A stretch of DNA of 64,000 nucleotides from Phycisphaerales bacterium UBA854 (lineage in GTDB: Bacteria; Planctomycetota; Phycisphaerae; Phycisphaerales; SM1A02), in assembly GCA_002295885.1 (NCBI GenBank), contig DBGM01000002.1, positions 9,623 through 73,622 of the forward strand. Reading direction: 5' to 3'. Of the stretch, positions 44,298 through 53,298 are shown piece by piece; the first letter of the stretch is position 1, and each line of letters starts with the position of its first letter. The notes under the pieces are model-generated. The model had not been told where the DNA came from. It saw only the letters and a program-made list of their open reading frames with translations, and searched no databases. The position numbers and the translations under genes were made by a program.

Positions 44298-45681
44298 GCG
44301 GTCGGATCATCTGGTGTCGATCCTGCTCGCGGCGGCGGCCGCCGCGACGTCCTCGGCCGACGTGCGTACGGTCTGCAACGACGTCGACTACACCCTGGTG
44401 GACACCATCGAACTGGACACCTCGGGACAGTACAACACGTTCATCCGCTGCGTGGTCGCGGCCGATGTCGACCAGGACGGGGCGCCCGATCTGATCGCCA
44501 GCGACCGGTTCGACGACGAACTGCTCGTACTGCTCAACGACGGCGCCGGCGGGTTTCTTCCTCCGCTTGCATTCGAAGCAACCGGTGGGGAATGGAACCG
44601 GATCGTGATCGCGGAGGATCTCAACGGCGACGGGTTTCCGGATCTCGCGATCAGTTCGCTGCAGGGCCTGGTCGTGATGCTGAACCGGGGCCTCGGCGAG
44701 TCGACCTTCTGGCTCGGCTTCGATGTTCCCGTGCTCCATGCCTCCGGGGCCGATCCGCACTGGGTCGATGCGGCGGATCTCGACGGCGACGGTGATCCTG
44801 ATCTGCTGGTGGCGGATCTCGGTCTGGCCGGCGAGGAGACCGGATTCCACTACTTCATGAACGACGGCGCCGGCCAGTTCTCCGAGGGGGTGCCGGTCAA
44901 TCTGGGATTCGACGCCCGCTGCATCTCCATCATCGGAACGGATCTGGACGGCGACGACCACCCCGAGGTCCTGGTGGTGGGAAACCGGTCCAGCACCAAC
45001 ATGGTCCATGTCTTCGAGAACCTGGGACCGGGAGCCGATCAATGGGCGGGGCTGCTGTACGACACCACGCTGCTGCTGGAATACGGGGCCTGCTCCATCC
45101 GGGATGCGGACTTCGACGGCGATGGTGACCGGGATCTTCTGATCTGCCACCGGTCGAGACCGCATGCGACCCTGCTCTTGAACGACGGCGCGGGCGGTCT
45201 GACGATCGGCAATCTCGTGATACCCGACAGCAGCGAACTGGCCGAACCCTTCGACGCCAACCAGGACGGTCTTCCGGACTTCGCCGTCGCGGTGAAGGAT
45301 CTCGATCAGATCAAGGTCTACGTGAATCGCGGGGATGGTTCGTTCGTCACGGAGGAATCGATGCAGACCGGCGACGAGCCCAAATTCCTTGCCGTGGCCG
45401 ATTTCGACCTCGACGGTTCGCCGGACGTCGTCTCCGCCGATTCCCTGCCGGGGTTCGATCGGGGAACCCTCACGCTGCATCGGAATTCGACGACGACGGG
45501 CACACCGTCGTGCGAGGGCGACATCAGCTGCGACGGACGAGTGGGGGTCGACGACCTGCTGGGCGTCATCTCGGGATGGGGTTCGACCGGTGACGAACCC
45601 GCCGATCTCAACCTGGACGGCGTGGTCGGTGTGGACGACCTGCTGCGGGTCGTCTCGTTGTGGGGCCCCTGCGATCCCTGA
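44290..45681 (+). CDS. secreted FG-GAP/VCBS-repeat protein with C-terminal dockerin-like double repeat (paralog)
   Basis: A GTG start (44290 or 44281) overlaps the previous stop. Signal VSRRSDHLVSILLAAAAAATSSA. FG-GAP units (DVDQDGAPD, DLNGDGFPD, DLDGDGDPD, DFDGDGDRD). C-terminus GDISCDGRVGVDDLLGVISGWG...ADLNLDGVVGVDDLLRVVSLWGPC. Confidence 0.8.
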   Translation: MSRRSDHLVSILLAAAAAATSSADVRTVCNDVDYTLVDTIELDTSGQYNTFIRCVVAADVDQDGAPDLIASDRFDDELLVLLNDGAGGFLPPLAFEATGGEWNRIVIAEDLNGDGFPDLAISSLQGLVVMLNRGLGESTFWLGFDVPVLHASGADPHWVDAADLDGDGDPDLLVADLGLAGEETGFHYFMNDGAGQFSEGVPVNLGFDARCISIIGTDLDGDDHPEVLVVGNRSSTNMVHVFENLGPGADQWAGLLYDTTLLLEYGACSIRDADFDGDGDRDLLICHRSRPHATLLLNDGAGGLTIGNLVIPDSSELAEPFDANQDGLPDFAVAVKDLDQIKVYVNRGDGSFVTEESMQTGDEPKFLAVADFDLDGSPDVVSADSLPGFDRGTLTLHRNSTTTGTPSCEGDISCDGRVGVDDLLGVISGWGSTGDEPADLNLDGVVGVDDLLRVVSLWGPCDP

Positions 45682-45770
45682 CTCGGTCGTCGGCTGGACG
45701 TGATTCGGCCGTGCCATCTATGATCCGTTCGCCGCAGGACCGAACCGCACCCGCGCAGACTGGACGATCG

Positions 45771-46592
45771 ATGAGCACCGCAACCAACGACGGCCCCCTG
45801 ACGTTCCTGATGGTCGGCTGTCAGCGGTGCGGGACCACGTGGGTCGACGCGGCGCTGCGCGACCACCCCCAGGTCTACCTGCCGGACTCCAAGCAGTCGT
45901 ACTTCTTCGACCGTGCGTACGACCGGGGGATCGACTGGTACCGGGATCTGTTCCGCGGGGTCACCGCCGAGCATCGTGCCGTCGGCGAGATCGCCACCGG
46001 CTACTGCCTGGTGGACGTGGTCCCTCTGGTCGCGAAGCACTTTCCCGATGTCCGGCTCCTGATGGTCGTGCGTCACCCGGTCGACCGGCTCATGAGCAAC
46101 TACCAGGTTCGCAAGCAGGAGCAGGGATGGACGTCCCTCGAACAGGCGATCAAGGACGATCCGGATCTCGTGGCCCGCAGCCGCTACGCGGATCAGCTCG
46201 AGGCGATGCTGCAGCACTGGCCCCGCGACCGGATCAAGGTCCTCTTCCACGAGGACCTGGCCCTCGACGATCGCGCGTACTACCGAGATATCTGCGAATT
46301 TCTCGGGGTCGACGCCGGCATTGAGACGAAACAGTTCGGGCAGATCAAGAACTCGGCCATGTTTCCGAGGATTCGCAGGGCCTGCACGGCCCTCGGGCTG
46401 CGGCCCGTCCTGCACCGGCTCAGTCGCAGCCCCGTGGGCACGATGGTCCGGCGAATGAAGAAGAAGTCCGGCAAGCGGGGGTACGCGACGATGGAACCGG
46501 CCACGCGAATCCGACTGCTGGAGGAGTTTCACGACAGCAACCGGAGGCTGGCGGAACTAACCGGTCGCAATCTGGATCACTGGAACACATGA
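45771..46592 (+). CDS. sulfotransferase (PAPS-dependent, carbohydrate sulfotransferase-like)
   Basis: Begins MSTATNDGPLTFLMVGCQRCGTTW (5'-PSB-like), with VVRHPVDRLMSNY (3'-PB-like). The start at 45771 is chosen within ORF 45660..46592. Confidence 0.8.
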   Translation: MSTATNDGPLTFLMVGCQRCGTTWVDAALRDHPQVYLPDSKQSYFFDRAYDRGIDWYRDLFRGVTAEHRAVGEIATGYCLVDVVPLVAKHFPDVRLLMVVRHPVDRLMSNYQVRKQEQGWTSLEQAIKDDPDLVARSRYADQLEAMLQHWPRDRIKVLFHEDLALDDRAYYRDICEFLGVDAGIETKQFGQIKNSAMFPRIRRACTALGLRPVLHRLSRSPVGTMVRRMKKKSGKRGYATMEPATRIRLLEEFHDSNRRLAELTGRNLDHWNT

Positions 46593-47743
46593 AGATCGGC
46601 AATTTCATCTCGGTGGTTGCGGGTGAGAAGGGCTTCGAGCACAACGTCTCGGGCCACATCCAGGTGCCGTTGGAGGGGATGGCCCGACTGCGGGCCGCCG
46701 GGCACGACGTCCATCTGATCACCAACGAGTACGGCGAGGGTCGAAGCCTCCCCGCCTGCCTCGATCCGGGCATTCCCGTCCACCGGGTCGCCGATTCCCG
46801 CAAGCGGGGGGGCATCCTCACCCGCGATTCCGAGCAGGGGCGTGGCCTGCGGTTCGCATCCCTGCTCCGGCAGGTGGCCCAGATCAAGAAGATCTGCCAC
46901 GAACACGAGTTCGATGTGCTGCATCTGCACGGCTACAACCGGACGGCGCATCTGGGCGGGGGACTGCGCCTGTTGGGGCTGCGCACGCCGACGGTCTGCA
47001 CGGTCTTCGCCGCGTACTTTCCCGAGCGTCTGCCGTTGATCACCCGGCGACTCTGGAAACGTCTGGATGCCGTGGTGGCGGGAACGGACTGCGTCGTCGA
47101 GCACTTCGCGCGGGAGGGGATCACAGTCGATCGCTTCCGTCACGGCATCATCCGCGATCCCCGTGCGGAACACGGCGACGCGGAGATCGGCCCCCGTCGT
47201 CGCATTCTGTTCTGGCGTGATCCCTCGGTCGAGAACGGCGCGGACCTCGCCGTGGCGGCCTATCGCACGCTCGCCCCCCGGTACCCGCAGTTCGACTTCG
47301 ATTTCGCCATCCGCCCCCATTGGGACCAGGTTCCGGGGATCGACGAACTGGAGCAGGAGTTCGACAATGTCCACGTCCATCGATTCCCGTATCCCGACGG
47401 GGTGACCCTGCCCGGCCTGCTGCTGGAATCCATCTGCGTGATCCAGCCCATGCGGCATCTCTCGATCAATCCGCAGCTGGTCATCGCGGAGAGTCTCGTG
47501 GCCGGCATCGCCACCATCGCCTCCGATCTCGATTCGAATCGGGAACTCGTCCGGGACGGAGTCACCGGTCGGCTGGTGGGCACGACGGATCCCTCCGATC
47601 TCACCCAGGCGCTCGATGAACTGCTGGCCGATCCCGAGGGCACGCTGGCGATGGGTCAGGCGGCGATGGCGGACATGGCGGAGCGGTGGAACTGGGACCA
47701 CCTCGTCGGCGATCTGGAAGCCGTCTACACACGAATTCGGTAG
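46589..47743 (+). CDS. glycosyltransferase family 4 (GT-B, retaining type)
   Basis: ATGA overlap with the sulfotransferase gene. C-terminal E-x7-E region ESLVAGIATIASDLDSNRELV. 384 aa. Confidence 0.8.
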   Translation: MKIGNFISVVAGEKGFEHNVSGHIQVPLEGMARLRAAGHDVHLITNEYGEGRSLPACLDPGIPVHRVADSRKRGGILTRDSEQGRGLRFASLLRQVAQIKKICHEHEFDVLHLHGYNRTAHLGGGLRLLGLRTPTVCTVFAAYFPERLPLITRRLWKRLDAVVAGTDCVVEHFAREGITVDRFRHGIIRDPRAEHGDAEIGPRRRILFWRDPSVENGADLAVAAYRTLAPRYPQFDFDFAIRPHWDQVPGIDELEQEFDNVHVHRFPYPDGVTLPGLLLESICVIQPMRHLSINPQLVIAESLVAGIATIASDLDSNRELVRDGVTGRLVGTTDPSDLTQALDELLADPEGTLAMGQAAMADMAERWNWDHLVGDLEAVYTRIR

Positions 47744-47957
47744 CCCGATCGATTCGGCATCCTCTAGAAGGGCCGTAGGGGCGAAATACACAAAGCGCGT
47801 CCGCAGCCGTTGAATCGGGGGTGGGAGATCGCTACCATCTTCGCTTTTCCCGGATATTTCCCCATTCAGGGGGATTCAGGGGATCCGACAAGGGTCCCGA
47901 ACGACCGACTTTTTTGCCTTGGCCGACGTCCAGGGCCACCCCGCAGGAGCGACGAAC

Positions 47958-49151
47958 ATGTCCAACGAGCTGATCCAGCCCAATGGTGGCACCCTCGTGA
48001 ACCGTATGGTCGAAGGCGACGCCGCCAAGGCCCTGGCCGACGCAGCGGCATCCATGCCGTCGATCACCCTTTCCGACAAGCAGGCGTGCGATCTGGAGAT
48101 GATCGCCATCGGCGCCTTCAGCCCGTTGACCGGTTTCGTCGGTCCCGCCGACTTCAAGTCGATCTGCACCTCGATGAAGACGGCCGACGGCACGCCGTGG
48201 CCGATCCCCATCACCCTGTCGGTCGACGACGATGTCAAGGCCACCCTGTCCGAGGGCGGGCAGGCTGCACTGCATCACCGCGACGGCACCCTGCTTGCCG
48301 TCATCGACATCGAGTCCATCTACGAGCATGACAAGGCCCTCGAGATTCCCAACGTGTTCCGCACCGAGGACGAGGCCCACCCCGGCGTCAAGGCCGTCAT
48401 GGACGAAGGCGACTGGTGCGTCGGTGGTCCCATCCACGTGCTGACCGTTACGCCCGAGCACGAGCCCGGCGAGCAGTTCACCGATCATCGGCTGGCCCCC
48501 GCGCAGACCCGCGCCGCCTTCAGCGAACGCGGCTGGAAGACGGTCGCCGCCTTCCAGACCCGCAACCCGATCCATCGGGCCCACGAATATCTCTGCAAGT
48601 GCGCCCAGGAGATCTGTGACGGCCTGCTCATCCACCCGCTGGTGGGCGAGACCAAGCCCGGCGACATTCCGGCCGATGTCCGCATGAACTGCTACGAGAC
48701 CATCATCGAGCACTACTTCGTGGACGAGCGGACGATGCTGACCGTGATGCCCGCCGCGATGCGCTACGCCGGTCCCCGCGAAGCCGTCCTGCACGCACTG
48801 GTTCGTCAGAACTACGGCGTCACCCACTTCATCGTGGGGCGGGACCACGCAGGAGTCGGAGACTACTACGGCACCTACGACGCCCAGAACATCTTCGACG
48901 AGTACGACGAGGGCGACATCGATGTCACCCCGCTGAAGTTCGAGCACGCCGCCTGGAGCCATCGCGCCCAGGGCATGGTGTCCAGCAAGACCTTCCCCAA
49001 GTTCGAGAACGACCAGGTCTTCCTCAGCGGTACCAAGGTCCGTGATCTCCTGGCCCAGGGCGAACGCCCCCCGGCCGAGTTCTCGCGTCCCGAGGTCGCA
49101 GATGTCCTGATCGAATGGGCGACGAGCGAAGCCGCCGCACCCACCGCCTGA
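47958..49151 (+). CDS. sat: sulfate adenylyltransferase (homomeric ATP sulfurylase)
   Basis: Motifs [26 protein letters not shown] and VGRDHAGVG. The start at 47958 ([11 protein letters not shown]) is preferred. Confidence 0.9.
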   Translation: MSNELIQPNGGTLVNRMVEGDAAKALADAAASMPSITLSDKQACDLEMIAIGAFSPLTGFVGPADFKSICTSMKTADGTPWPIPITLSVDDDVKATLSEGGQAALHHRDGTLLAVIDIESIYEHDKALEIPNVFRTEDEAHPGVKAVMDEGDWCVGGPIHVLTVTPEHEPGEQFTDHRLAPAQTRAAFSERGWKTVAAFQTRNPIHRAHEYLCKCAQEICDGLLIHPLVGETKPGDIPADVRMNCYETIIEHYFVDERTMLTVMPAAMRYAGPREAVLHALVRQNYGVTHFIVGRDHAGVGDYYGTYDAQNIFDEYDEGDIDVTPLKFEHAAWSHRAQGMVSSKTFPKFENDQVFLSGTKVRDLLAQGERPPAEFSRPEVADVLIEWATSEAAAPTA

Positions 49152-49182
49152 AAACCTTCAACCCCCAAGCGAGACAACGACA

Positions 49183-49800
49183 ATGGCTGAACAGGTAGCA
49201 ACGAACATCACCTGGCACGACGGAACCGTCACCCGCCAGGAGCGTCAGGACGTCCTCAAGCAGAAGGGGGCCACGGTCTGGTTCACGGGCCTCTCGGGCA
49301 GCGGCAAGAGCACCATCGCCGTCGCGCTGGAGCAGGTGCTGTTCCAGCGTGGTCACGTCGCCTATCGTCTGGACGGCGACAACGTCCGCATGGGACTCAA
49401 CAAGAACCTCGGCTTCTCCGCCGAGGATCGCGCCGAGAACATCCGCCGCATCGGCGAAGTCTGCAAGCTGTTCGCGGACGGATGCGTGATCACCCTCTCC
49501 AGTTTCATCAGTCCGTATCGCGAGGACCGCGATCTGGTCCGTGCGCTGCACGCCGACGGTGAACTGGACTTCATCGAGTGCTACGTCGACTGTCCGCTCG
49601 ATGTCGCCGAGGAGCGCGATCCCAAGGGCCTCTACAAGAAGGCGCGGGCCGGTGAGATCAAGGGCTTCACGGGCATCGACGATCCCTACGAGGAGCCCGA
49701 GAAGCCGGAACTGCACATCCGGACCGATCAGCTCTCCCTCGAGCAGTCGGTGCAGGCCGTCCTCGACTGCCTGGCCGAGCGTGGTCTGCTCAAGGGCTGA
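49183..49800 (+). CDS. cysC: adenylyl-sulfate (APS) kinase
   Basis: Motifs [27 protein letters not shown] and [23 protein letters not shown]. Confidence 0.92.
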   Translation: MAEQVATNITWHDGTVTRQERQDVLKQKGATVWFTGLSGSGKSTIAVALEQVLFQRGHVAYRLDGDNVRMGLNKNLGFSAEDRAENIRRIGEVCKLFADGCVITLSSFISPYREDRDLVRALHADGELDFIECYVDCPLDVAEERDPKGLYKKARAGEIKGFTGIDDPYEEPEKPELHIRTDQLSLEQSVQAVLDCLAERGLLKG

Positions 49801-49830
49801 CCGCGAATCGTACGACCGAAAATACGACCA

Positions 49831-49865
49831 GGGCCTCCGTCACGACGGAGGCCCTGTTTCGTTTC
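49831..49865 (+). terminator. rho-independent terminator
   Basis: GGGCCTCCG / CGGAGGCCC 9-bp stem followed by the T-rich TGTTTCGTTTCGG. It lies between convergent cysC and the pseudopilin-like gene. Confidence 0.75.
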
Positions 49866-49883
49866 GGTTCGTTTGGTTTCGGA

Positions 49884-50951
49884 TCAGCCGCCGCCGCTGC
49901 GGACCAGATCATCGAAGTCCTCGATCTGATTCGGCTCGGCGTCATCCCATTCCTGCACGTAGCCGCCGTTGGTGTTGATCGGTCCGTCCTGATGGGAGAG
50001 GAAGACGCCGTCGGGCCCCGCTGAGATGAGCACGAAACTGCCATTGGCGGTTCCGAACTCCCAGTCCTCGGTCTGGTAGAAGGCGGGATGGGCGACGACT
50101 GCGGTCAGCCATCGACGCTGTTCGACGGCATCGCCGTCGCCGTCCTCACCGGCAATGCGGCTGCCGGAGATGGCTTGGCTGTCTGAGAACTCGTACTGCT
50201 TCTGCCGGATTCGATCGGTTCCCAGGGCCGTGGCCTCGACGTACAGCCCGATGCCCTGATTGGAGAACTGTCCGCGGGTGTCCCCGTCTCCCACGAGTGG
50301 GCCGCCCTTGCGATCTCGCTTGAGGTAGATGATCGGATTGCCCCACGGGTCGTACAGGTCGGGGAGCTGGTTGTAGCCCTGTCTCCGGGCCTGGTCGGCG
50401 TCGGGTTCGGTGGCGGTCAACCAGCGGTTGACGAGTTCGGACGCCTTGGGGGCGAAGTAAGGGGGATAGGGCTTGCCGTCGATCAGCGGGCCTTCGCTGA
50501 TGCGGGTTCGGTCGATCACGATCTCCCAGGTCCGGTCCGTGTTGCCGGGGTCCTGCAGCGTGAGTTCGACCGGATCACGGGCCGCGTCCCTGAAGCGGTC
50601 GTATTCCACGGTGTTGGGATTGGAGGAAGGCTCGTCGGAGGTACGCACCCGGTAGCCCCCCATCATGTGCAGCAGGGCGTTCTGGGTGGAGGTCAGCTGG
50701 CTGCCGTCGCCCAGTACCCGGGTGGGGACCACGCCCGGATAGCGGCCGTGCTCCTGGGCGAAGGAATCGCAGGCCGCGGCGAACGAGCTCAATGTCGCCT
50801 CCGCCTGGCTGCGTGTCGCCGATTCGGTCGCGCTGCTCAGGGCGGTCAGCAGGATCCCCGCCAGGACGGCGATGATGCTGATGACGACAAGCAGTTCGAC
50901 CAGAGTGAACGCGTGGCGAAGGACGGTGGATTGCCGGTTGGTGCGGTGCAT
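49884..50951 (-). CDS. prepilin-type N-terminal cleavage/methylation domain protein (pseudopilin-like)
   Basis: N-terminus ...HAFTLVELLVVISIIAVLAGILL, the classic type IV pilin-like methylation motif. 355 aa. Confidence 0.85.
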   Translation of the reverse strand: MHRTNRQSTVLRHAFTLVELLVVISIIAVLAGILLTALSSATESATRSQAEATLSSFAAACDSFAQEHGRYPGVVPTRVLGDGSQLTSTQNALLHMMGGYRVRTSDEPSSNPNTVEYDRFRDAARDPVELTLQDPGNTDRTWEIVIDRTRISEGPLIDGKPYPPYFAPKASELVNRWLTATEPDADQARRQGYNQLPDLYDPWGNPIIYLKRDRKGGPLVGDGDTRGQFSNQGIGLYVEATALGTDRIRQKQYEFSDSQAISGSRIAGEDGDGDAVEQRRWLTAVVAHPAFYQTEDWEFGTANGSFVLISAGPDGVFLSHQDGPINTNGGYVQEWDDAEPNQIEDFDDLVRSGGG

Positions 50952-51098
50952 GAGATCGTTCCAGAGGCGACATCGTTTCCGGGTGGACGCTCCACCCGAC
51001 TGAATCCGCGTTCCCGTTCCGCATGTCCGCTGCCGGTGAAAGTGTATACCGAACCGCGCGGGGAGCCAGTCGCGGGGCGAAAAAACGGCCGGATCGGA

Positions 51099-51578
51099 TC
51101 AGCCTTCTCCGGTGGCGGTGCTGCGGAGAGCGGCCCTTTGCAGAAAGGCGGGCAGGCACCGTTCGATGAACGCTTCGACGGCCGTCACGGTGGCGGCGTG
51201 ACTCGTGCCCCAGAGGCAGGCGTGTCCGATGCCCGCATCCTGATCCATCAGGACCCGGTACTGCTCCTCGACCATGAGCATGGTTGGAAGCCGGCCCCCG
51301 AAGAACGCTGAGGCGGCGTTCTGTTCGGGGTCGCCGATGGCGATGGTCGGTTGCAGCATGAGCTCACGGTCGTTGAGGTACCACAGATCGGTGACGATCA
51401 GCGGATGCAGATCGGCGGTGGGGGGAAGATCGTCCGAACCGGCGATCGCCTCCATGATTCCCCGGGCCAGGGGGCGGTCCGCCAGTTCGCTGCGCGGACC
51501 GGCGCCGACCACCACGGGAATCAGACGTCGGGGTGAGGGGGACATGTCGAGGTCGAACGTCGGTGTGGAATCGGTCAC
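51099..51578 (-). CDS. hypothetical protein
   Basis: C-terminal part of tracked ORF 51099..52166. A GTG start at 51576-51578 lies 7 nt after GGAGA, and the gene sits downstream of prfA. No family recognised. Confidence 0.5.
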   Translation of the reverse strand: MTDSTPTFDLDMSPSPRRLIPVVVGAGPRSELADRPLARGIMEAIAGSDDLPPTADLHPLIVTDLWYLNDRELMLQPTIAIGDPEQNAASAFFGGRLPTMLMVEEQYRVLMDQDAGIGHACLWGTSHAATVTAVEAFIERCLPAFLQRAALRSTATGEG

Positions 51579-51613
51579 GTGGAGTTCTCCTGTCCCAGTG
51601 ATCGGCACGCCGA

Positions 51614-52696
51614 TCAGAGCGCCTGCAGTCGACGAGCGGTTTCCAGCTCCATCAGGGCCTCGACCAGCGGCTGGAGTTCGCCGGCGAGGATGCGCTCGAG
51701 GTTGAAGGATTCGCCGAGTCGATGATCGACGGCGATGTTGTCCTTGGAGCGGTAGGTCCTGATCTTCTCGGCCCGGGAGCCGGAGCCGATCATGGAGTTG
51801 CGGGCTTCGGCCCGTTCCGCATCCGCCTCGGACTTCTGTCGTTCGTAGAGCCTGGCCCGCAGCAGCTGCCAGGCCTTCTGGCGGTTCTGAGCCTGGCTTT
51901 TCGTATCCTGCATCCGGACCTCGATGCCCGTGGGTTCGTGGATCAGGTGCACCGCGGTGGCCACCTTGTTGACGTTCTGGCCCCCCGGACCGGTGGACGT
52001 GGTGATCATCTCCCGGACATCGTTCGCATCCAGATCCAGTTCCACCTCCTCCGGCTGGGGAAGCACCGCCACCGTTGCGGTGGAGGTGTGCACGCGCCCC
52101 TGTGATTCCGTGGCCGGCACCCGCTTGACCTGATGGGTGCCTCCTTCGAAGCAGAGGCTGGACCACGCGCCTTCACCTTCGATCTCGATGATGCACGCCT
52201 TGCAGCCGCCGACATCCCCCGGGGCATGATCCAGGGTGTTGAACGTCCAGCCGCGATCGGAGGCGTACCGGCGGTAGACCTCCAGCAGGTCGCCGGCCCA
52301 CAGTGCGGCCTCGTCCCCGCCGACGCCGGCCCGCACCTCGAGGATCAGCGCGGACACGGCCCGGTCCTCGGCGGTCACCAGCAGGTTGCGGAGTTCACCG
52401 GCGAGGCGTTCCGAATCGTGGCGTGCCTGGGCCAGCTGCTCGCGGGCGAGTTCGATCAGTTCCGCATCGGCTTCCTGGTCGATGACCTGGACGGCTTCCT
52501 CGCCTTGGGCTTCACTGCGGTTCCAGCTTCGGAAGCGGTCCACGATCGGCTGCAGCGCCGCCTTGCGGATCGAGAGGTTGCGAACCAAGCGGTGATCGAC
52601 GAGCACGTCCGGATCGAGCAGCTTCGATTCGATGTCCGCGAACTGCTCGTCCAACTCCCGCAGTTTGCGCACCAGGTTGTCGGCAAGGGAGGTCAT
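51614..52696 (-). CDS. prfA: peptide chain release factor 1
   Basis: ORF trimmed to MTSLADNLVRKLRELDEQF (ATG 52694-52696, after AAGGGAGG). RF1 tripeptide context VPATESQGRVHTS and the GGQ motif STGPGGQNVNK. Confidence 0.9.
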   Translation of the reverse strand: MTSLADNLVRKLRELDEQFADIESKLLDPDVLVDHRLVRNLSIRKAALQPIVDRFRSWNRSEAQGEEAVQVIDQEADAELIELAREQLAQARHDSERLAGELRNLLVTAEDRAVSALILEVRAGVGGDEAALWAGDLLEVYRRYASDRGWTFNTLDHAPGDVGGCKACIIEIEGEGAWSSLCFEGGTHQVKRVPATESQGRVHTSTATVAVLPQPEEVELDLDANDVREMITTSTGPGGQNVNKVATAVHLIHEPTGIEVRMQDTKSQAQNRQKAWQLLRARLYERQKSEADAERAEARNSMIGSGSRAEKIRTYRSKDNIAVDHRLGESFNLERILAGELQPLVEALMELETARRLQAL

Positions 52697-52823
52697 GCAG
52701 CGCGGCTCGGTGATGGTGTGTCGTCGACGAACACGATCGTTCGACATGCACCGTACCGTGGACATCGATGCGAAGGAAGTCGACGAGGAGTGTTGCATCA
52801 TGGCGCGACGCGATCGACGTGCA

Positions 52824-52841
52824 TGCGTGCGTACGCACGCA
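52824..52841. repeat. 18-bp perfect palindrome TGCGTGCGTACGCACGCA
   Basis: Self-complementary over all 18 positions (7-bp stem plus a GTAC loop if transcribed). It lies about 130 nt upstream of the prfA start, in a gene-free stretch. Confidence 0.9.
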
Positions 52842-53063
52842 GTCCGGCCGCCGGTGTACTTCGCGTGGCCTGGTCCGGAGGCGAATCCGATCGCGGGTGC
52901 GTCCGGGTCGGGGCCTCTTCGTGACTTCGAGGCCGCCCGGGACTCTGTGGGGGCCGGATCGCCATTCATGGGATGCTTCAAGCTTCATTCAACGGCTCTC
53001 CGGGTGGTTTCCCGGGGGTATGGTCGCCGCCCTGAGATGTGAGAAAGTTGTGGATAACTCATG

Positions 53064-53120
53064 GGGAGATCACTAGGTCCGAGCAAAATGCCCCTTGAGA
53101 GCTCGTGATTTCCCTTTTTT
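53064..53120 (+). terminator. orphan terminator-like hairpin (possible 3' end of an unannotated small transcript)
   Basis: 10-bp stem GGGAGATCAC / GTGATTTCCC (one GU pair) around a 31-nt loop, followed by TTTTTT. No plus-strand gene lies upstream of it. Confidence 0.4.
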
Positions 53121-53298
53121 GACTTCAAGCATTGATCGAATGATGTGGACATGCCGGCGGGTGCGGTTTCCTTCCCGTGGGGCTGTCTTGGAGGTCGGTT
53201 TGGTGGGGTACTTGGGGCGTTTGGGGCCCTCCGCACGGGCCTCGCGGAGGAGGGGCCGAAGGCATGGGGCGGCCGTGTCCTCCGTTTATGGTGAATTC

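Noticed and set aside
52869-52890. An SRP-RNA-like GGTCCGGAGGCGAA segment in the gene-free stretch. I also checked the same region for tmRNA and RNase P motifs.
   Set aside because: There is only a short resemblance to the helix-8 GGUCCGGAAGGAAGC core. There is no complementary closing strand, no tmRNA tRNA-like 3' end, and no RNase P GAGGAAAGUCC box.
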